Below are positions 31,695 to 41,779 of a stretch of DNA of 64,000 bases, one piece after another. Position numbers and translations under genes: made by a program. Below the pieces are notes generated by a model. That model had not been told where the DNA came from. It worked only from the letters and a program-made list of their open reading frames with translations, and made no database searches. This stretch comes from Naegleria gruberi (Eukaryota), in the NCBI GenBank assembly GCA_000004985.1, contig GG738856.1; one strand, written 5' to 3'. How positions within the stretch are numbered: position 1 is the stretch's first letter; the number at the start of each line of letters is the position of its first letter.

Positions 31695-32780
31695 ATGCAA
31701 CAAGCTGTTCTTGGAGGCCAATTTCAAACACCTTCAAAGTTATTTCCCTTACTGATGAATTCGGGAGAGGAATTTTCAAATTATGATGATGAGGATTTCT
31801 ATCGGGATGATGCTAAGGAAACAACATCAAGCTCGCGACCGGATATGACTTTACTGAATTCTCTGAAGGAGTGGATTAATGTATTGGTAGGATTGGATTT
31901 GGTGGAAATTAAAACGCAAAATCCATTACAGAGTTTTTTGAATTGTTTTAAGGACGGAGTATTGCTGTGTAGAATTGTTGAAAAGATTAAATTAAAACAC
32001 ATAACTTTTAACAAACATCCTGGAGGAAAGGAAGTTGTTGAGAGGGAAAATTTTCAAACATTCTTAAAGGTAAGTCACAATCAGGCCTAAATCGATTAAG
32101 AGAATACCACAGGAATTGGTAGGTTGGGTATAATTCCTAATTATATTGAATATTTCATATAGAACATATTATTCGGATCAACTAAAATTGAGTCTGTTAT
32201 CAAATATGAACCCAGTGATTGGGCTAAATATTTCAATTCAAAAACAGAGCACTCACAACTATTGCTGGAAACTTTAATTAGAATATCCAGATGTGCTTCG
32301 AGAAGAACCAATTTCAATGGTCCATTATTGGATTTGGATCTTAATTCCTCGACAAGCTCTCAAATAATTGAAAGCACCCCTAAAAATCAGATGGAAAATT
32401 TGAATGAAGAAAACACAAAACAAATAGAACCTACTTCTGAGTCTAGGAACAATCGTATCGACGATTATCATAATACCTCAACCATAAGAAACTTTCAAAC
32501 AAAATTAAAACCAAACTCTAGAACTTTCAAGGAAACAGCACTATTCAGTTTAAGACAGTTATTGGATGATCTGGAACTTGAAGACGACGACTTTGAAGGA
32601 ACTGATATGATACCAAAGCAGAAATTTGATACCATGTGCAGTGACTACGAATTACAATTGGAAAATCTGAGATTTATCATTCAAAAAAAGAATTTGCAAA
32701 TTGAAAAGCTTCAACTGGAAAAGAAACAACTAATGAAAACATTAAGCATTACCCAAGTTGAAGTAAAATTCAATGATTAA
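31695..32780 (+). CDS. Calponin-homology (CH) domain protein with a C-terminal coiled coil. Two exons, modelled as join(31695..32069,32163..32780).
   Basis: The CH-like segment is KEWINVLVGLDLVEIKTQNPLQSFLNCFKDGVLLCRIVEKIK. A 93-nt intron runs 32070..32162 (GTAAGT donor, TTCATATAG acceptor, phase 0) and the reading frame continues as NILFGSTKIE.. The coiled coil is near the end (LQLENLRFIIQKKNLQIEKLQLEKKQLMKTL). Confidence 0.55.
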
Positions 32781-33829
32781 TTACCGTTTATTTCTTGATA
32801 TTTCTTGGCTTTGTACTTTCTGTAGAAAATGACACCTCCAACAATACCGCCAACAATTACACCTACAGCAATGACAGCAAAGATTATGCCAAAAGCAATA
32901 CCAACAGCATTTGAAGGTTGTTCATAATAGAATACGGATGGAAGGTAAGCAAATTCAGGCAATTCTGGAATATCTTCCTTATTGACCAAGATGTTAATAC
33001 TGTACAAGCCAGAATTCAAATCTGAAACAATTCCCTTATCCAATCTACATGTTGTAACGCCATTCAAATCAGTACAACCTTGCAAGTTGATTGGCTTATT
33101 TCTGCAACCACAGACAGAAGCAATGTTAGCAGTGGCAGAGTTTGGTGACATACAAGCAACATAAGCTGGGGTAGGAACAAGTTCATTCTTACAACCTCCT
33201 TCAGTTTCTGAAGCACAATAAGTTGGAGTGCTGAATGAGAGAGCTCTGTCATTAGGTAAAAAGTTCAATCCTCTATTGTCAGTTGTAATTAAATTAACTC
33301 TTCCAGCAATTTTAGTGGTATAACCAGATATTACAATTCTAGAAACAACACCCTTAGTAACTGGTGTAATGGCAATATAATAAGCAATTTGAGAGGTACA
33401 TTTAACATTTGGACCTCCTTGACAAATTCCTGTTGGATATTGGAAAGGAGCAGTTGGTTGAATAACAAATTGTCTATCATAATTAATTGCTGATGGAACC
33501 CATTTATCACTGAAATCACAAGGTGATTCTGGAGTAGCACTACATTCCTTAATAAAGATATTAGCTCTTCCGGAACAAACTTCAATAAAACCAGACAATA
33601 GAGTCATATTCATGGTAGCCTCAACTGATTCTAATTTGTAATAGACAACATCATCATCGTCATCAAAATTATAAGTAGCCTCCTCACCAGGATAAATAAT
33701 ATTAAAATCATCAGGATCAACACCCTTGACCACCATCACGCCAATGATGGTAAGCAACATCATCATCATCAAGAAGCGAACATTAAGGGAGAATTGTTTC
33801 ATTTTTTCGAGTGAGATTTTTTTAAGCAT
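32777..33829 (-). CDS. Type I membrane protein with a signal peptide, a Cys-rich ectodomain, a single C-terminal TM helix and a short basic cytoplasmic tail.
   Basis: A 350 aa ORF. The N-terminus has the hydrophobic stretch LMMMMLLTIIGVMVV. The ectodomain carries at least 14 Cys. The TM helix is AVGIAFGIIFAVIAVGVIVGGIVGGVIFY, followed by RKYKAKKYQEINGN. Its 3' end overlaps the convergent CH-domain gene by 4 nt. Confidence 0.5.
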   Translation of the reverse strand: MLKKISLEKMKQFSLNVRFLMMMMLLTIIGVMVVKGVDPDDFNIIYPGEEATYNFDDDDDVVYYKLESVEATMNMTLLSGFIEVCSGRANIFIKECSATPESPCDFSDKWVPSAINYDRQFVIQPTAPFQYPTGICQGGPNVKCTSQIAYYIAITPVTKGVVSRIVISGYTTKIAGRVNLITTDNRGLNFLPNDRALSFSTPTYCASETEGGCKNELVPTPAYVACMSPNSATANIASVCGCRNKPINLQGCTDLNGVTTCRLDKGIVSDLNSGLYSINILVNKEDIPELPEFAYLPSVFYYEQPSNAVGIAFGIIFAVIAVGVIVGGIVGGVIFYRKYKAKKYQEINGN

Positions 33830-34838
33830 TGTAGGGGCGTCCTTATATCAAATGGATACAGTAAAAAAATACCTCATTTCAAAAACCAGCGATCGCAACT
33901 CAGAAGCTCAGCAGTCAGCGCGCTAATTTTTTGAAAGCCTCAACTCTTTCTCACCTTACCAACACGAGAATCCTGCAACTCGTTATCTTGCTCTTTTTTA
34001 TTCATATGTGAACCGTAGATCGTACGTAGGTGGTAACCAGCTAATAATTCGTAGATGACATGATATTATCACTACTGTAGTGAGGATGTTTGGTTCTTTG
34101 TTACAATGTGCGAATTGACTTTTAGAGGAAAGTACTTCTATTGTGTGTTTAAAAATTTAAAATAGAATGTTAAACCAAAGTATCCATCAAGTGATTTCTC
34201 TCTCTCTTTACATGAACATCAAGTATTGGTTTTTATCATGCTTGATGTTGCCGTTGCAAAAGTAAAAAAAACAACAACACTTGAAACTGTGGTCATCATT
34301 ATAGACTCATGGACAGTCAAAAGCTTTCTTTAAATCGAGTACTATCCTACAAGTTTCATTCATGAAAATTTTTTAAATGAGCCTGTCAGTCATCATTAGT
34401 ACAAATTAGGTTTACTTGTTCGAAATAGTCCAAAAAACCGTTCGCGTTTAAGACGGTATTTTTTTTTGTACAAAAACAAAATAGGATGCCCAAATCGAAA
34501 GGTTTATTCACTGAAGAGGCACCATTAAAAACACGTATGTGGAAGATTTTCACTGTAATAAGGATGTTTCTCTTTCAGAAAAAAACATATTCCTTCCAAA
34601 TGGAAACTACCATGAATCATTTACAATGCATACATGAATTTAAATATGCAACTTTATATTGGAAATGGAAAGAAACGAAAGTATTCAGTGAACATTGACC
34701 CAGTTTATTATTAGATCTGTATAACAGTTTTTCCACTAATTGCCAGCTCTTAATTCATTTAAGAGTTAGCTGTTATTATTTAATTCTCACAAAAAAACAA
34801 AACAACAATAATCAATATATAACTAATCTGCATTCGAA

Positions 34839-35603
34839 ATGTACTTTACTAAACCTGAAGATTATGGCTTACTCGAGAGTGGTCCAACTATGAACTATTG
34901 GATTTGGGTACCAACATTCCTTACTATTGCCTCCATGATGATCTCTGTCATTTCACAATATTTCTCCTATTTGTGGCCTGCTGTAGAATATAAGAAACAA
35001 TTCAAGAATAAGACAACTCACTATGTGTTCCTTTCATATGCTGTTAACCATACACTTTCTGCTATACTGACCACATTCACAATTGCCTATGCTAGATACT
35101 ATGGTACTTGTTATGAATCTAACATTTTTGAGATGGGTGTTCTCGAGTTGATCAAGTATATCCTTACTGTGATATTATGTGCTGTTCAACAGGTGGTCAT
35201 CTATGACTTTTTAATTTACCTTTTCCACAGAAGTTGTCATGTTAATAAGTGGATGTATATTCATATTCACAAATGGCATCACGAGAATAATACTCCACGA
35301 GGAATCTGTGATGGAATTTATGGTGATGCCTTTGAGGGAACTTTGGTGGCTTACTTTGCTGTTGGTCAAATGATGTTTTTCTCATTGCCAGTCAGTTCAA
35401 TTTGTCTCTTCTTATTGTATATTAGTTTCTTTGTCCAATTGAATCACAGTGGAAGAAAGGTTAAGATTCCATATTTCTATACTTTCAAATCCCATGCCAT
35501 TCACCATCGTCATTTCAAATATAATTTCTCTGAACACATTCCTTTGTGGGATTATTTGTTTGGAACATTGAAGTTGGACGAAATCAGTGACAATCAATTC
35601 TAA
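34839..35603 (+). CDS. Fatty acid hydroxylase / sterol desaturase superfamily protein with three His boxes. Copy 1 of a tandem pair.
   Basis: A 254 aa ORF with 4 predicted TM helices. His boxes are HRSCH (HX3H), HKWHH (HX2HH) and HAIHHRH (HX2HH). Confidence 0.75.
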   Translation: MYFTKPEDYGLLESGPTMNYWIWVPTFLTIASMMISVISQYFSYLWPAVEYKKQFKNKTTHYVFLSYAVNHTLSAILTTFTIAYARYYGTCYESNIFEMGVLELIKYILTVILCAVQQVVIYDFLIYLFHRSCHVNKWMYIHIHKWHHENNTPRGICDGIYGDAFEGTLVAYFAVGQMMFFSLPVSSICLFLLYISFFVQLNHSGRKVKIPYFYTFKSHAIHHRHFKYNFSEHIPLWDYLFGTLKLDEISDNQF

Positions 35604-36393
35604 ATTGCAACCTGTAGAAATACTGTACATTATAATATTATTCGAAACTCTAGAGGAAGGGCGAAAGACCTTTCAATCCGAATGAGGCCAAAGAGCCACT
35701 CAAATTGCAAAGGAAATTTAACACAAAGATCCACAAACAATGAATCATGAAATAAACTTCTCACATTTCCATTCTGAAAAACGAAACGAATTTTTATTCC
35801 AATCTTGGAGAGTGACCACCTAACATTGTCATTGCACCAAATATCAATTACACTTTTTAAACAGAAGTACAATACCAATTTGGTAATTTAAAAAAGAAAA
35901 AAGGATAGTGCTACTAGTATCAGATCCTCGTTTCTTCATGGTTTCGTTTAATTAACACGTAGTTTTACAATAAGAAATGAAATTAGATAATTAAATAGTA
36001 ATACTAGTTGTGAAATCCAATAGTGTTGAAATTTTTCATTTGTTGTCTATTTGAAATTCATTGAGATTCACCAAATATTTAGAAACATTATTTGCGTTGT
36101 GTCAACTCTTTATCTTTTTAGAAGTATCCCACAAAATATGTATAAAACTCTTCACAAAATCAAGTCCTGTTTTAGTCAACTACCGAATAGTTATTACCCG
36201 CACTAAAGCGACTTCCTTCAATGAATGGGTTTTTATTCGAAAGGGCATTTAATTTTCATCTAAGTTGTGTCCTGCCAAAACTGCATCATAATTCACAAGT
36301 GGCATATAATTCTCATGAATTGTTGACCAGTAATTTTGAAACATTTTATTAATAATACTGAAAAAAACAAACACAATTCAAAACTAATCTCAA

Positions 36394-37158
36394 ATGTACT
36401 TTACGAAACCTGAAGATTATGGCTTGTTAGAAAGTGGTCCAACTATGAACTATTGGATTTGGGTACCAACAGTGCTCTTCCTGGCTTCCATGGCTGTTTC
36501 CGTTCTTTCACAATGGTTTTCCTATTTGTGGCCTGCTGTAGAATATAAGAAACAATTCAAGAATAAGACAACTCATTACGTTCTCCTTTCATATGCTGTG
36601 AATCACTTCTTGAGCGCTCTGCTGACAACTTTTACAATTGCCTATGCTAGATACTATGGTTCTTGTTATGAATCCAATATATTCGAAATGAGTTTCTTGG
36701 AAATGTCCAAGTACATTATCACAGTTCTGTGGTGTGTTGCCCAGCAGGTACTTATCTATGACTTTTTAATCTATGTCTTCCATAGAAGTTGCCACGTTAA
36801 TAAGTGGATGTATATTCATATTCACAAGTGGCATCACGAGAATAATACACCAAGAGGAATCTGTGATGGAATTTATGGTGATGCCTTTGAGGGAACTTTG
36901 GTGGCTTACTTTGCTGTTGGTCAAATGATGTTCTTCTCATTGCCAGTCAGTTCAATTTGTCTCTTCTTATTGTATATTAGTTTCTTTGTTCAATTGAATC
37001 ACAGTGGAAGAAAGGTTAAGATTCCATATTTCTACTCGTTCAAGGCACACGCTGTCCATCATCGTCATTTCAAATATAATTTCTCTGAACACATTCCTTT
37101 GTGGGATTATTTGTTTGGTACCTTAAGATTGAGTGAAATCAGTGATGACCAATTCTAA
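36394..37158 (+). CDS. Fatty acid hydroxylase / sterol desaturase superfamily protein. Copy 2, a tandem paralog.
   Basis: A 254 aa ORF about 85% identical to copy 1 at protein level. The His boxes are the same. The 5' leaders are also similar (..aactaatct..aaatgtacttta..). Confidence 0.75.
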   Translation: MYFTKPEDYGLLESGPTMNYWIWVPTVLFLASMAVSVLSQWFSYLWPAVEYKKQFKNKTTHYVLLSYAVNHFLSALLTTFTIAYARYYGSCYESNIFEMSFLEMSKYIITVLWCVAQQVLIYDFLIYVFHRSCHVNKWMYIHIHKWHHENNTPRGICDGIYGDAFEGTLVAYFAVGQMMFFSLPVSSICLFLLYISFFVQLNHSGRKVKIPYFYSFKAHAVHHRHFKYNFSEHIPLWDYLFGTLRLSEISDDQF

Positions 37159-37304
37159 ATTAATATTATTGGAGAATGTTATTCGAATCAATATTCTCTT
37201 TGAAACACATAAAAATCTCTAAATAAAATTGTTTAATTTATAAATATTAATATTTAACAGCCATTACAACACAAAATAGTCACTCTCTACAATTATGGAG
37301 ATAT

Positions 37305-39470
37305 TTACAATTCTTCAAAGCCAGCAAGTTGATTTGAGACAACTCTACTGACAGTGTCAGTGATACCTTCACCTCCAGAAACCAATTCTCTGATACCGCT
37401 ACTTTGTGCCCATTGATCTCCTAATCTATTGATATTTTCACTTGATTGTTCCAAAAGATGATTCAATCTTTGCAATCCATCAACCATGTAATTTTGCAAC
37501 ATGTCTTGTAATTGATCCTTAAGTCTTCTTCTAACATTATTCTGAATGTAACCAGATAAAACTCTCAACAGAATTTCGTGATGTTCTGCATGAGTGAATT
37601 TCAATTTCAAGTCATCAATATCGACAGTGATAGAGTTGTATTTGAACCATTCAGTATCACCAAGTTCATTAGTGGATGTATCAACATTAATCTTCAAGTG
37701 AATCATAACACCATCATCTCCAGTATCAATATTCAATAAACCTTCATCAGAGAGTTGTGGGAAAGAGAATCTCTTGAACCAAAATTGAACATCCTTAAAG
37801 TGGAATACTATTCCACTCAAGTGCAATACAAGGGTTGATTGAGTTCCTTGGAGACTATCAGCAAGCTTATCTTCACTATAATCAATGTCTGTAACAGAGT
37901 GACCAGACATTTTAACATGTGATGGTAACAAGTCAGATGCATTCATTCTCAAGCCCTTCAGTTCATATTCAACATTCTCATCAACATAATGAATATCCAA
38001 ATCTGTAAAAGATGATACAGTTTCCTTAATCATAGACACCATCATAACCTTCAATTCATTCAGANNNNNNNNNNNNNNNNNNNNNNNNNNNNNNNNNNNN
38101 NNNNNNNNNNNNNNNNNNNNNNNNNNNNNNNNNNNNNNNNNNNNNNNNNNNNNNNNNNNNNNNNNNNNNNNNNNNNNNNNNNNNNNNNNNNNNNNNNNNN
38201 NNNNNNNNNNNNNNNNNNNNNNNNNNNNNNNNAGTATCTACGAGTGTCCTTCTCAACTTGATCTAACAATTTGGAAAGCTCCTTGTCATTGCTGAATGCC
38301 TTATAGATATCTTGCAATGATTGTTCCATATCCTTGATGATCTTTTCATTACCAACCCATTGGATTAACAACTTTTCACCATTCTCTTTCATATTGATAA
38401 AGTACTTGTCATTTTGCATTTCCTTAACCAAATCGTTAACGTTACTCTCAATGTTATCATTGAAAATGAACTTGAGTTGATCGAACATGTTGGAGAATCC
38501 CAAAACTGCCTTTCTGTAAGATCTATTTGAAGAGAATTCCTTGATAAGTTCACTAAATCTATCATAAATTTGGTCTTCTAACTTTTCTTGCTTTAATTCA
38601 GCAGATTTGACATCTGACTTGGTAGGTTCTACTGATGCAGCAACAACCTTAGTCTTTTGCTTCTTGGAAGAAGATTCAACACTGGATGATTCTAAGAATG
38701 GCTTTTCCCAATCACTCTTATTCTTTGGAGTATCTTCAGTAACATCCATTTGATCCTTAACCTTCTCTTTCAACTCATCATCATCATCATCAAGATTATT
38801 GACAATTCTTTGAATGGCAGCTCTTGAGACCTTCGTTAGCTTGTACATGAATGTTAGTGAGGCTCTTATTTGACAATACTCTCAAATAGTTCAATGTATC
38901 AACCATTAAAAGTCTAAATGAGTTGGATCTAAACAGTTCAAAAATAAAATTGGAAAAGTTCTGAACTGATTCATAGAAAGACTTGGTTTCTTGATTGAGT
39001 TGGTCATTCACATCACTTGTGGTATCCTTAACTACATGTACAACTTTATCAGAGTACTTGTCAATGAACATGTTGGTATTGTAAATGAATTGTTGCAATA
39101 CCTGATCCTTATTCTTCTCTTCAATTAATTGTTTAACAATGTCTAACAGGTGAATAGCACGTTCTTGAATATTTTGACTTGATGTGACATATTGTGATGA
39201 TTTGTCAACAATATCTTTCACCTGTTCAACACCACTCAAAAGTTGTTCATTAGAAGGAATTTCACCCTTGGTAAGAGACTTTAATCCTTCAATGGTTTGA
39301 TCAATTGCCTTATTGTCAACTGTGACATTAACAATATTCTCTTGGATGTTTTCCTTTACCTCTTGAACAGTATCAGCAATTTTAGGAGTAATAGTTGTAG
39401 ATGAAGATGGATTCTTGATTTCTACCATTTCCAATGTTTTGTTGTTTTTTAATTGTTTTAATTTCTTCAC
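37305..39470 (-). CDS. Hypothetical multi-exon gene interrupted by the assembly gap. It joins three track ORFs into one mostly helical / coiled-coil protein with a C-terminal beta-rich domain.
   Basis: ORFs 38796..39470, 38060..38848 and 37305..38054 are colinear on the minus strand. The first two overlap in different frames. A 40-nt GTATTG..ACAAG segment near 38850..38890 would rejoin them as a short intron. The N-run 38065..38232 sits between the second and third. Confidence 0.35.
38065..38232. other. Assembly gap, a run of N.
   Basis: 168 consecutive N characters in the sequence. Confidence 0.99.
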
Positions 39471-39927
39471 AATATAAAATTATCAACTTAAATTAATTAA
39501 GTGAAAAGCTAATAAGAGTAATTTCCATATCCTAGTTTTGATTAATTAATACATTTACTATTTTTTAGTGTTATCCGAGTCTAGTCTATCCACTTGTACT
39601 TTTATGAAGTATTGTACAAAATTACAAGTGAATATGAGCCTACAAGGCACAATCTTGTCATCATGATAATTTTGTATTACTGTAAAATCCTATGGATCAT
39701 CTTCATTATCATCCAAACATTTTACTAGCAAGAACAAGATAATAAAACTATCATCATCATATGAATTTGACTCAATTTAAGATTTGAGTCATCATACTCA
39801 AGGTGGTTATCAAAATCTAATTGCTTGATGAAGGCTTTCAATCAATTTAGAGAATTTTTTAAAAATAAAAATTAAATTAAAAAAATAGACCAACAACAAC
39901 TTTCATCACACATTTTCCTCTATCAAA

Positions 39928-40221
39928 ATGAACAATCAATATAATCCTCAACAATTCAATCAAATGCAACAACAACAAATGATGCAAAATTATCAAAGAC
40001 AACAACAACAACAAATGATGCAAGAATTACAATTAAAGGAAGCTATGGAACTTTTCAATGAAATGGTTAGACACTGTGTTGATAAATGTGTTGAAGAACC
40101 AAAAGGAGACAAGTTAGATGATGTTGAAAAGGCTTGTATCACAAAATGTGGAGTTAAATATATTAAACACAATATGCGTGTTACGGAACGATTCCAAGCT
40201 GGTATGCAAAATCAAAAATAA
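39928..40221 (+). CDS. Small Tim (Tim8/9/10/13 family) mitochondrial intermembrane-space chaperone with twin CX3C motifs and a Gln-rich N-terminus.
   Basis: A 97 aa ORF. It contains CVDKC..(25 aa)..CITKC, the twin CX3C zinc-finger-like motif of the Tim10/DDP family. The N-terminus is Q-rich (NPQQFNQMQQQQMMQNYQRQQQQQMMQ). Confidence 0.7.
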   Translation: MNNQYNPQQFNQMQQQQMMQNYQRQQQQQMMQELQLKEAMELFNEMVRHCVDKCVEEPKGDKLDDVEKACITKCGVKYIKHNMRVTERFQAGMQNQK

Positions 40222-40270
40222 ATTTAATCCAAATTTTGTTTTTAATTGATGAATCGGAAATGTCAAATGT

Positions 40271-40729
40271 TTAAACTTCAATGTTGAGTGGTTCTTCTGG
40301 TGGTTTGTATCCAGGTTGAGCAGGTAAATCTTTGAATGGTTGAACACCAACTTGTATTGGTATAAGATTCCAATCAATCTTTTCGGCTTCAACTCTTAAT
40401 TCCTTTGGAAGAGCTTCCAAAGCAGACTTTTTTAATTTAAGTCTTCTCTTGGCATCATTACGGGCTTTTTCTGTGATTCTCTTCTTTAATAAAGACCAAG
40501 AATTGGCCAACATTTCGTCCTTTTTAAATTGTTGTGGTGTTTTAGGAATTCTAGGTTTATCCACTGGACGAATATAGTCCTTTGCGGATTCTATTAAATA
40601 TGAAAGTTCTTGAGGTGTTGGGTTCTTTGGAATTGCGTAATTTCTAGTAGTTATTATTGATGATGAATTTATGGCCGAACATGATGAAACCTTCTTCACC
40701 AAAGAAGCCGATTTTGAAAGTGAGAGCAT
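40271..40729 (-). CDS. Small basic protein with an N-terminal presequence-like region. Possibly a mitochondrial ribosomal protein, mL40-like.
   Basis: A 152 aa ORF. The N-terminus is Ser/Thr-rich and amphipathic (MLSLSKSASLVKKVSSCSAINSSSIITTRNYAI). The core is Lys/Arg-rich (KKRITEKARNDAKRRLKLKKSALEALPKELR). Confidence 0.3.
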   Translation of the reverse strand: MLSLSKSASLVKKVSSCSAINSSSIITTRNYAIPKNPTPQELSYLIESAKDYIRPVDKPRIPKTPQQFKKDEMLANSWSLLKKRITEKARNDAKRRLKLKKSALEALPKELRVEAEKIDWNLIPIQVGVQPFKDLPAQPGYKPPEEPLNIEV

Positions 40730-40998
40730 TTTTTTAATTTTTTGAAAATTTAAAAATGAATTTTCTCTTCTTACTTGAATTTTGGCCTCAACAGGAGAGT
40801 GAAATTCTTGATATCATATGTATTTGTTAACAAGAAAAACTATTATTAAGAGTAACAAGTAGATTCAAGTTTGTTGTTGTGTGGATATTTTCCTTTTAAA
40901 AAAGTGAAAGAACATTGTACAATTATGGCGCCAAAAAAATATTAAAATTAATAAAAAAAACAACCAATTAGGATACCTAATACTTTAAATAAGACGGA

Positions 40999-41772
40999 AT
41001 GGATTTTTCGTTTGTGTCGATCGATCTTCCCATGATTGAAAAAGAATATAACAATCAAATGGCTAGTAAACAGGAAGAAATGCTTTCGGAGACAAATAAT
41101 ACAAATAATTCAGAGTATGAAATTAATGTTTCCTTAGAACTTTCTAGGGATGAGAATACAATTCAACAAGAATTACAAGAAAATAATCAACAGAGAAATT
41201 TTGAAAAGGAAGCTAGTGAATTGCTGGTATACGTGAAGGAATTATTGGGAAGAAATGAGGAACAACAGGCTTTAATTGAGGGGTTGAAACAAGATTTGGA
41301 AAAGGAACAAACTAGGAAAATACTAAATGATGTAAATTCCTGTGTTAGGCACAAGAAGGCAGTAAGCAGGTTAATTGATGATAGTTTACGAAAAGATAAG
41401 GAAATTTTACAATACAAGACTATATTTGCTCTTTTGAGGAATGCAAAGACTGAGGAAGAGGCACAGACAATTTTAAGGGATTTTGATGAGTCAGGAAAGA
41501 AAGAGCATAGGTCTCCAAACATGAATGCTAAAAGTCCTAAAAGTGTCACACCTTCCAGGTATTCCTCTCCTAAAAGCCCTCCAACAGATACCTCCCCAAA
41601 CACTAAGATTATTGAATTGAGGAAACAATTGGCAACATCAAGTTCAAGGAATAAGAAATTACAACAGGAAGTTGAAAAGTGGAAAAATTTAGCAAGTAGT
41701 TACGAGAAGATGTTTGGAATTGTAAAAGTTAGTGTATCTTTACCAAATGAAAATAATGAAACCAATGATTGA
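40999..41772 (+). CDS. Hypothetical coiled-coil protein with an SP-rich segment.
   Basis: A 257 aa ORF with heptad-like Glu/Lys/Gln-rich stretches. The SP-rich segment is KSPKSVTPSRYSSPKSPPTDTSPNTK, which could hold phospho-sites. Confidence 0.4.
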   Translation: MDFSFVSIDLPMIEKEYNNQMASKQEEMLSETNNTNNSEYEINVSLELSRDENTIQQELQENNQQRNFEKEASELLVYVKELLGRNEEQQALIEGLKQDLEKEQTRKILNDVNSCVRHKKAVSRLIDDSLRKDKEILQYKTIFALLRNAKTEEEAQTILRDFDESGKKEHRSPNMNAKSPKSVTPSRYSSPKSPPTDTSPNTKIIELRKQLATSSSRNKKLQQEVEKWKNLASSYEKMFGIVKVSVSLPNENNETND

Positions 41773-41779
41773 AATCAAA

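Larger units (their letters stand above)
34790..37165 (+). repeat. Tandem direct duplication of a roughly 0.8 kb gene unit (two fatty-acid-hydroxylase paralogs) with a roughly 0.8 kb spacer.
   Basis: High nucleotide similarity between 34800..35610 and 36355..37165, including part of the upstream leader. Confidence 0.7.

Noticed and set aside
34486-34698. 70-aa ORF in the intergenic island
   Set aside because: It is short, has no motif and no similarity to its neighbours, and lies in the region I flag instead as a possible non-coding element.
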